IMG/VR virus record: IMGVR_UViG_3300037420_000490
Location: 1 to 39,963 of that record
Length of the DNA stretch: 39,963 nucleotides
Source of the DNA: a virus
Taxonomy: Duplodnaviria > Caudoviricetes
Strand: one strand, 5' to 3'
Shown in pieces: positions 33,837 through 39,963 of this stretch (positions are counted from its first letter, which is position 1; every line of letters starts with the position of its first letter). The translations under genes were made by a program, and so were the position numbers. Below the pieces are notes generated by a model. That model had not been told where the DNA came from. It saw only the letters and a list, made by a program, of their open reading frames with translations, and did not search any database.

Positions 33837-34769
33837 TTACAGCTGCGCCACGGAGACGGCATCCCACTTCGTCTCTGCTGCGTTGTAGATTAGGCCCACG
33901 TACACGACCTTGTTGGCAGTAGTGGCAGTGGGAAGGTTAACCCCGACTCCGCGGTATTGGGTGCCCCAGTTCAGCGTGCGAGTACTGCCGTTATCTTTGA
34001 TCCGGATCACGAGGCCGTACATGTCGACCGCGGTTCCAGTCGGGTTGTTGATGGTGAGCGCCCCTGCTTGAGCGGTTACAACCACGAAATCGTCGGAAAA
34101 CGTCGGGGTAATGCTGGCCGCTGTCGTAACCGTCTGCCCCGCCGGATTTTTGGCAGCGGCGCCCACAGTACTGTAGTCGACGGTCCGGGCCGCAGACCCA
34201 TCAAAAGTGGTGCCCGGCGTCGCGCCGCCCGTTGCAGCAAATGTTACGGCGTGGGCGACACTGTCGGCGACGTTGCCGCCGCTGTCGGCAAACGCCACCT
34301 GATGGGTAACACCGCCGATACATACGAACATGCCGGCAGAGGTGGACCAGGCGTCGCCGTTAACCGGGCTCGTCGGAGCAGTCCCGGCCGGCAAGTTGAA
34401 GCCGGCGGATGCGGTCGTTGGAGTGGCGGTTACAAGTTTGCCCTGCAGGGTCCCGCCCGTGTCTTTGTCGAGCTTGTTCGCCAAGCCCGCGGCCGTCACC
34501 CGCAGAGAGACAGAATCGCCGGACGCGTAGGCCCTGGCAGTTGTTCCTTCCTGGGCCCGAACGATCGTCATCGTGTCGACGGTCCGAGCCGTTACCTTGA
34601 CGATCTCGAGGTTGTTGGAAGCGTCCGACAGCGTGACGTAAAAATAATCGCTGCCCGTGATGGCGGGAAATAGCGCACCGGTGCCTGAGGCTACACTAAG
34701 GCTGGTCGCGCCTGAGGTGATCGAGGCCGACAGGGTTGTGGTCGCATTATTGCTGTAGAGTACGGCCAC
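33837..34769 (-). CDS. tail fibre/spike protein
   Basis: GGAG RBS, GTG start; NNATTTL...ITSGATSL.V..GTGALFP...EIVKVTAR...IVRAQEGT.A N-terminal anchor; Thr/Ala/Gly-rich. Confidence 0.75.
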   Translation of the reverse strand: MAVLYSNNATTTLSASITSGATSLSVASGTGALFPAITGSDYFYVTLSDASNNLEIVKVTARTVDTMTIVRAQEGTTARAYASGDSVSLRVTAAGLANKLDKDTGGTLQGKLVTATPTTASAGFNLPAGTAPTSPVNGDAWSTSAGMFVCIGGVTHQVAFADSGGNVADSVAHAVTFAATGGATPGTTFDGSAARTVDYSTVGAAAKNPAGQTVTTAASITPTFSDDFVVVTAQAGALTINNPTGTAVDMYGLVIRIKDNGSTRTLNWGTQYRGVGVNLPTATTANKVVYVGLIYNAAETKWDAVSVAQL

Positions 34770-34804
34770 GAATTAGCTCCAAAGTGCAGGCTATGCGCCT
34801 CTCA

Positions 34805-34833
34805 AGATTAGTGGATGCGCGTTAGCAGGTCTA
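34805..34833 (-). promoter_or_regulatory. putative promoter for tail fibre/lysis genes containing GACCTGCTAAC
   Basis: Minus strand TAGACC-N17-TAATCT; shares GACCTGCTAAC with the 38641 promoter. Confidence 0.45.
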
Positions 34834-34851
34834 GGCAAATCTGTTAGCTTA

Positions 34852-35496
34852 TCAGAAAAAGCCAACGGGTCGAACGCGTGAAATCCCCCTGCCCATGCTG
34901 CGAGCGCGGTCGCGGGCAGCATCGGCGATGCCCCGGTTGAAGGCCAGGCGGCTCTTGATCGCAGCTGTGGGGTCAGAGAACGGCTGTCCGGCGATATCGT
35001 ATAGGCGAGCGCGGGCGCCGGCGGCGACTGTCTCGAGCCAACGATCGTAGATGATCGAATCCACTCCCGCACTCTCCCGAGTGGGGCGCAGCGCGATAAT
35101 CAAGCTCAGAGTGCCGTCAGCCGCGTCTTCCTGGGGGGTCGGAACTACCATCACGATGTCGGGGGTGATGTGCGTAACATACCGCGGACTTCCGGTAGCA
35201 TTTCGCCAGTCTGGGCCGAACAGCGAGCGCAACTGGTCGTCGCTGCGTGGAGACAGGCTGGCGTCATTGTACCAGGCGTCCATAACGCGCGCGCACAGGG
35301 TGCCATCGGGCGGCACCAGGGCATAGCGTGACCCAAGCGCGGTGGTAACGATCGGGTCATGCTCAAAGAGCCACCACAGCGACCGCTCACAGAACTCAAT
35401 GCAAGCGTTCCTGACGGCATTGTTCGCCGTCAGTTCGGGGCAGTTCTGGACGAACGGCAGCACCTCCGGCAGAAAGTCATCCCACAGCCGGATCAC
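34852..35496 (-). CDS. head-tail adaptor / tail tubular protein A-like
   Basis: FLPEVLP.V..CP......AVRNACIEFCERS..W; P.P; A.RPTR; position after the capsid genes. Confidence 0.7.
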   Translation of the reverse strand: MIRLWDDFLPEVLPFVQNCPELTANNAVRNACIEFCERSLWWLFEHDPIVTTALGSRYALVPPDGTLCARVMDAWYNDASLSPRSDDQLRSLFGPDWRNATGSPRYVTHITPDIVMVVPTPQEDAADGTLSLIIALRPTRESAGVDSIIYDRWLETVAAGARARLYDIAGQPFSDPTAAIKSRLAFNRGIADAARDRARSMGRGISRVRPVGFF

Positions 35497-36179
35497 GACG
35501 CGGCTCCCTTCACGTCAGGGTTGAATGGGGTGAGCTGCAGGTTGGGGTTCGACTCCTTCTGGGCGCTCTCGCTCTGGCCGAAGAAGGCCATGAACAGCTG
35601 CAAGTACATCTGGGCCTGGGCCATCCCGGCCCCGAAGTCAGAGTCCTTCTGGTAGGCCCGGAATAGGACGTAGTCGACCAGCGGCGTGAGGTAGAGATCC
35701 TTAAGCGGGATCGTGTCGGTCGTTGCCGCAAGCTCGGTTGGCTGAACGGCGTAGCTCAGCTGGACAAAGCCCGCCCCGTCATTCGGCGGGTAGACGTAGA
35801 AGATATCCGGCTCCTGCGGGTCGAAGACATAATTTGTCACGGCGGACGAGGGGGTGGCGGTGTGCCAGTCGGGGTTCTGCGCGTCGAGTAGCTCGCGATC
35901 GGTGATGCGTACGGCGCGGCCGGGCTGAGAGCCATCGCTGTTGCAGTTGCGGACAACCGAGAACAGCATGTAGCCGTTCGCCGGGATCGCCTGCTTGGTG
36001 CCCTGGACGAGCGCCTGGATGGCCGTGGAGCTCGCGGCGCTTGGAACAATGCCCACAACGGTGCGGAGGCCGTCTGACAGCCACTTGAGAAGCTCGGTGT
36101 CGGTCCAGCGCTGAACCGCGTTAATGTCGATCAGCTGGGTCCGGACGCGGTCGAGGATCATTTGCGCAGTTATTGCCAC
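35493..36179 (-). CDS. head-tail adaptor (DUF6682-like)
   Basis: RWTD.ELL.WL.DG...GTKQ.IP...LD..NPDWH...FYVYPP...LVDYVLFRAY.KDSD. Confidence 0.75.
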   Translation of the reverse strand: MAITAQMILDRVRTQLIDINAVQRWTDTELLKWLSDGLRTVVGIVPSAASSTAIQALVQGTKQAIPANGYMLFSVVRNCNSDGSQPGRAVRITDRELLDAQNPDWHTATPSSAVTNYVFDPQEPDIFYVYPPNDGAGFVQLSYAVQPTELAATTDTIPLKDLYLTPLVDYVLFRAYQKDSDFGAGMAQAQMYLQLFMAFFGQSESAQKESNPNLQLTPFNPDVKGAAS

Positions 36180-36199
36180 GGCGTCCTCGCAGTTAGTTG

Positions 36200-36226
36200 G
36201 AGGGGAGCCGTGGTTAGGCTCCCCTC
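36200..36226 (-). terminator. hairpin after the major capsid gene
   Basis: GAGGGGAGCC/GGCTCCCCTC 10-bp stem; no clear U-tract. Confidence 0.5.
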
Positions 36227-36233
36227 GTACTCG

Positions 36234-37244
36234 TTAGGCGTACTGAACGAGCGCCAGCGCTTCCGGCTTGATCGTCGCGAAGCCGAAGACGTTGAGGCCG
36301 CGCACCAGCTGACCGAAGTCGCCGGGGTTCGGCAGGCTCTCGACCTTCGCGATCTGCGAGGCGAAGGTGAGCGCCGACTTGTGGCCGGCGATCATGCACT
36401 TGCGCGCCACAGCGCTGGTGTTGGTCGTGCCGTCGAAGTTCTGGCCGGACGACGCAGTCGGCAGGAGGTTCGACACGTAGACCGTGAAGCGGTCGATCGT
36501 GCCGATCTTGCCGTTCCGCAGAATACTCTGCGGGTCGCCGGTCAGGTACGCTTGCTGGAGGTTCGAGCCCATCAGCAGGTTACGGACCTGCGGGCTGAAC
36601 ACCAGGAAGCGATCCGTATCCGGCACGTTCTGCTCGTCCAGGACCGACGCCGCGGCCGTGATAACGGACACGATGTTCGCCGAGGTCAGGGTGAGCGCGG
36701 CACCGGTGTCCGAGGCCGCGGACGCGCCTGCGCCGCCGAGGTTGAACGAGCTCGACTTCGCGCCGGCAGTCAGGCCGCGGTTGGCCGCGACTGCGGTGCC
36801 GACCGAGTTCTTGAGCACGGTCGTGTCGATCGCGATCGCCATCTGCTTGGCTGCATCGCTGGTGAACATGTCCATCAGCTTCGGCTGCGACTGGTATTCG
36901 ATGACGTCGGAGACGTTGACACCGAAGTACTTGGCGTAGCTGATCTGCAGCTCGACCTTCGAGGGCGCCGGAACCTCGTAGCTGAGGGTCTGGCCGACCT
37001 GGTAGTCGTTGATGGTCACCGACGGGATGTTGTTGATAACAACCTTGTCACCGATGTTCTTGATGTCGCCTTCGTAGTTCGTATTAGCGATCTCACCGAA
37101 GACGGTGGTCGCATAGAACTTGACGTTCAGCTTCCCGGACCAGATGGTCGGGATGAAGACGCCAGAGGCGGCCGGGGAGGTGTTGAAGGCGCCAGCGGAC
37201 GAAAAACCGCCCGAAGTACCTGAACCTGAAATCGAAATTGCCAT
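36234..37244 (-). CDS. major capsid protein (P22 gp5/HK97-like fold)
   Basis: FIPTIWSGKL..KFY..TVF..IANT.YEG.IK..GD.V.I...LDEQNVP..DR...G.IG.IDRF.VY.SNLLP...RGLNVFG; AGGAG RBS. Confidence 0.9.
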   Translation of the reverse strand: MAISISGSGTSGGFSSAGAFNTSPAASGVFIPTIWSGKLNVKFYATTVFGEIANTNYEGDIKNIGDKVVINNIPSVTINDYQVGQTLSYEVPAPSKVELQISYAKYFGVNVSDVIEYQSQPKLMDMFTSDAAKQMAIAIDTTVLKNSVGTAVAANRGLTAGAKSSSFNLGGAGASAASDTGAALTLTSANIVSVITAAASVLDEQNVPDTDRFLVFSPQVRNLLMGSNLQQAYLTGDPQSILRNGKIGTIDRFTVYVSNLLPTASSGQNFDGTTNTSAVARKCMIAGHKSALTFASQIAKVESLPNPGDFGQLVRGLNVFGFATIKPEALALVQYA

Positions 37245-37298
37245 TGAAAGCTCCTGTGGGGGTCTCTGCGATCCCGCAGGAGCTCAGGGATTTGGTCC

Positions 37299-38273
37299 TT
37301 ACCGGACGCGGCCCTCCGCTACTGCGGCATCAATTTCTGCTTCGATCCGCACCTGCTCGGCCTCGCTGCCCTTGAACTTCCCCTTGGCGGCATCGCGATA
37401 GAACTGGTCGATCTCTGCGGATGACCAGACCTTCGTCGCTGCTGCGGGCGGGGTTCTCGTGGTCGACTTGGACGTGCCGGGTGCGACTTGACGCTCGAGA
37501 TCGCGGTTGCGCTGCGGTTCTGGCGGCGGAGCCGTTAGCTGCTTGTAGGTGTCGAACAATGCGGCCGTGCGGTGGACGTCGAACGAGGCAAAGGCGTTAT
37601 TCAGATAGTCCTGCCGTGTTAGCCCGCTGAGCGGATCTTCGGCGGCAAGCCAGTTCAGAAAGCCCTCGTCGAGATTTATCGCCTCGTAGTCCGGCACGAG
37701 CCGGCCCAGTTCGGTGTAGAAAGCTCGACGATCGTTCGACGACTGACGCTCGGTAACACCGCTCAACTGCTCGCGCAGCGTCGCGTTCTCCGCTTTCAGA
37801 TCAGCCATCTCGGTGCCGACCATTTCCGCAGCGACCTCACGGGCCTTGCGGTCGATCAAACCAACGAGATCGCTTCCGAAAGTCTCAACGTCTTCGTCTG
37901 TGACCAGCTTCTGCGGGGCTTCGGGCGGGGCCTTGGTCTTCGCTTCCATGGAGGCGATCAGGGTGCGCTGGTCGGCTAGCTGACGGGTCAGCTCCCGGAC
38001 CTCCGCGGCGAGACGTGGCACTTCGGCCTTGTACTTGCCGTCGAGGGTCTTGTAGCGCCGCTCCCAGGTCGCATCCTCCTCTGGAGGAGTGACTTCGGGT
38101 ATCTCGGCCACCGGCTCCTCTGCCGGGATCTCTTCCGGCTCAGGGGCTGGTTGTTCCTCAACTTGTTCAGGTTCGGCTTCGATGACTTCGGCCCCTGGTT
38201 CCTGCTCGTAGAGCTGTTTTTCCAGGGCATCGGCCTCTTCGGCCAACTTCTGAACTTGCTTCGGTAGACTCAT
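37299..38273 (-). CDS. capsid scaffolding protein
   Basis: Acidic/Pro-rich N-terminus, WE.RYK.L.GKY.AEVPRL, coiled coil, C-terminal EID.A.AEGRVR; directly upstream of the capsid gene. Confidence 0.75.
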   Translation of the reverse strand: MSLPKQVQKLAEEADALEKQLYEQEPGAEVIEAEPEQVEEQPAPEPEEIPAEEPVAEIPEVTPPEEDATWERRYKTLDGKYKAEVPRLAAEVRELTRQLADQRTLIASMEAKTKAPPEAPQKLVTDEDVETFGSDLVGLIDRKAREVAAEMVGTEMADLKAENATLREQLSGVTERQSSNDRRAFYTELGRLVPDYEAINLDEGFLNWLAAEDPLSGLTRQDYLNNAFASFDVHRTAALFDTYKQLTAPPPEPQRNRDLERQVAPGTSKSTTRTPPAAATKVWSSAEIDQFYRDAAKGKFKGSEAEQVRIEAEIDAAVAEGRVR

Positions 38274-38359
38274 GGTCTGCTCCTGCTCCGACTACGTACT
38301 TGCGGGACCTGTGGTGGGGTGACCCTCGCGACGTCTCACGGTCTGCGGGTGGGATGAAG

Positions 38360-38605
38360 CTACAGAGATGAATCTCTTAGCTTTTCCAGCAGCGCCGGCG
38401 CCTCGCGCGCCGCCGCCTGGAGTTCCTGGAGGATCTGGGCTCGTCCTTGCATCTGGTGGAGTTTCACGGGGTCGTGGCTCAGAACCAGATGCTGGTGGGT
38501 GGCCTCAAGCTCCTTATCCAGCATTTTGCTGAACTCGGCCCAGTCTGGCAGCGCTCCGAGCCGGGTGAGGGCTTTGACCGCTGCACGGTCAGGTTTCGTT
38601 AGCAT
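38360..38605 (-). CDS. small conserved head-module protein
   Basis: 81 aa; ...QMQGRAQIL.EL motif common between portal and scaffold genes. Confidence 0.7.
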   Translation of the reverse strand: MLTKPDRAAVKALTRLGALPDWAEFSKMLDKELEATHQHLVLSHDPVKLHQMQGRAQILQELQAAAREAPALLEKLRDSSL

Positions 38606-39086
38606 GTCTATAAAATAGGTGTGAGCATGTTAGCAGGTCAAGCGAAATAGTATTCCGCTTCTTCATATTTAGCCGACGGGGGATCACCTGGAGGTTATGC
38701 GGCACGTGCAGACCGCACACGAGCGGGTGATGCAGGGGGATGATGTGGTCGACGTGGTGCGGCTCTCCGGACACGCGCGTGAGCTCGCGCGCGCGAGCAT
38801 AGAGCTGAGTGATCTCCCGCCTCATCTCTTGCGTCAGCGTGGCCGATCGGCGACGCTTATTGGCGCGGTAGGCAGCGCACTCCGCCCGTTTCTTGTGGGG
38901 GTTTTCTGCCCGCCATCGCCGCGATGCTTCCCGCTTGCGGTGCCCGTGCCGGCTATACCACCGGGTCCGTACGTCCTTCATGTAGGCCGCGTGGCAGTCG
39001 TGGCACCGGGGGCGGCGGCGAGTGCCGGTGTGAATCGGGAAGTTCTCCGGCGGCTGCGCTTCGCCGCACCCTCGACAGGTCTTCAC
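38589..39086 (-). CDS. HNH endonuclease with N-terminal zinc finger (probable homing endonuclease)
   Basis: KTCRGC...CHDC; HHVDHIIPL...VCGLHVPHNLQVI...N..K.N. Confidence 0.88.
   Translation of the reverse strand: MKTCRGCGEAQPPENFPIHTGTRRRPRCHDCHAAYMKDVRTRWYSRHGHRKREASRRWRAENPHKKRAECAAYRANKRRRSATLTQEMRREITQLYARARELTRVSGEPHHVDHIIPLHHPLVCGLHVPHNLQVIPRRLNMKKRNTISLDLLTCSHLFYRHANET
38612..38641 (-). promoter_or_regulatory. putative late promoter inside the 3' end of the HNH gene
   Basis: TTGACC-N18-TATTTT; spacer contains GACCTGCTAAC and AACATGCTCAC; predicted +1 is close to the ATG at 38605. Confidence 0.5.
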
Positions 39087-39963
39087 TGGGCCGGAGGCGT
39101 GAAGTTGTCTGTCTGGGCGGCGCCGTCCATCAGTTCCTGGCCAGATCCCTGCTGCCTGGCCGGTGGGGCCGGGAGACCAGGCTTGCCGCCCTGCTGAGCC
39201 ATCTGGTTCATGAGCAGCTTCTGCTGGAGGATCGGCATCGGAGGTACGATCTTGTCGGGATTCATATCGAGGTTCTTGGCGGCCTCACGCAGCAGCTCTG
39301 CGCGGCCATTCACGCCGACGATCTGCAGGTCGATCGGGTTCGCGGTGGCCTGCAGGAACTCGTTCCGGCGGACCTGGGCGGTGTCCTTGTTGACCAGGCT
39401 GGCTGCGCCGCGGGCCACAATCTGGACGTCGCCCTTGAGCTCGGGGTCGTCGCTGTAGATCATGTTGTGGTTGTAGAGCCGCTCGATCAGGGGGGTCATA
39501 ACCCGCGTGTCGACGTTAGCGACTACCTGTTTGATCGCCTTGCTCGCGTTGCCCATCAGCATCGACAGACCGCTCGCTGTGCGACCGACGCCGGCGGTAG
39601 GTGAGCCAGCCATGTACCGGGGCAGGCCCGAGTACTCGTCTGCCATCTGGTTGAATTTCTCGAAGATCGCCATGAGCTCGGCCACGCGGCTGTCCGGCTG
39701 GTAGAACTCGATCGGCTTGGCCGACGTCCCGGTTGGATCGTTGGTCAGCTGCCAGATCCGCCACGGGGTCAGGGTGGTGAGCTCCTCGCCAGGCGCCAGG
39801 CGGTCTACATTGATCGCCACCTGGGGGCCGGAGGCGATGCCCATGTTGTTCACGATCGCTCGAGCAGATGCGTTGCACATCTGCTGCGGGTCGCGGATCA
39901 GGTCGGCGACCGAGTTGCCCCAGAACGACCCCGGGATCTCCTCGTAGGATGTCTTGTAGTACG
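39083..39963 (-). CDS. portal protein (partial, continues beyond the window)
   Basis: Frame open to the window edge: YYKTSYEEIPGSFWGNSVADLIRDPQQMCNASARA..NNM..ASGPQ...ADE.SG.P.Y...RTASGLSML. Confidence 0.85.
   Translation of the reverse strand, partial: YYKTSYEEIPGSFWGNSVADLIRDPQQMCNASARAIVNNMGIASGPQVAINVDRLAPGEELTTLTPWRIWQLTNDPTGTSAKPIEFYQPDSRVAELMAIFEKFNQMADEYSGLPRYMAGSPTAGVGRTASGLSMLMGNASKAIKQVVANVDTRVMTPLIERLYNHNMIYSDDPELKGDVQIVARGAASLVNKDTAQVRRNEFLQATANPIDLQIVGVNGRAELLREAAKNLDMNPDKIVPPMPILQQKLLMNQMAQQGGKPGLPAPPARQQGSGQELMDGAAQTDNFTPPAQ

Noticed and set aside
33215-34769. Diversity-generating retroelement acting on tail genes
   Set aside because: No reverse transcriptase and no near-identical template/variable repeat pair differing at adenines; the repeats are diverged in-frame domain duplications.

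Overview
This is a ~40 kb piece of a GC-rich temperate podovirus-type phage genome, probably infecting an alphaproteobacterium. A Sphingomonadaceae-like host is an inference from the attP core. The + strand arm (1-19025) carries early and replication genes: the end of a vWA-like gene, an Nmad5-like protein, a family A DNA polymerase, an HslV/proteasome-like Ntn hydrolase, a dNTP diphosphohydrolase-like gene and a nucleoside deoxyribosyltransferase-like gene, a PD-(D/E)XK exonuclease, VRR-NUC, xis-int-attP, an SNF2 helicase, an SSB-like protein, an HTH protein and a primase-helicase. The - strand arm (39963-19022) carries the virion genes: portal (partial), HNH, scaffold, major capsid, adaptors, tail fibre, a lysis cassette with embedded Rz/Rz1, a tail nozzle, a GNAT and three ejection proteins, one of them 2032 aa. 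The attP is intact (tRNA-Glu-like core with both arms), so this is the non-integrated form. The most notable signals are: (i) a 17-bp palindrome present four times, once written into the codons of the integrase catalytic Arg motif; (ii) a second 11-bp motif overlapping most predicted promoters; (iii) the integration site lying inside the replication module; (iv) a multi-hairpin intergenic RNA candidate with anti-Shine-Dalgarno loops; (v) a lone inverted virion-like gene in the early region. All product calls come from motif recognition by eye, with no database searches.
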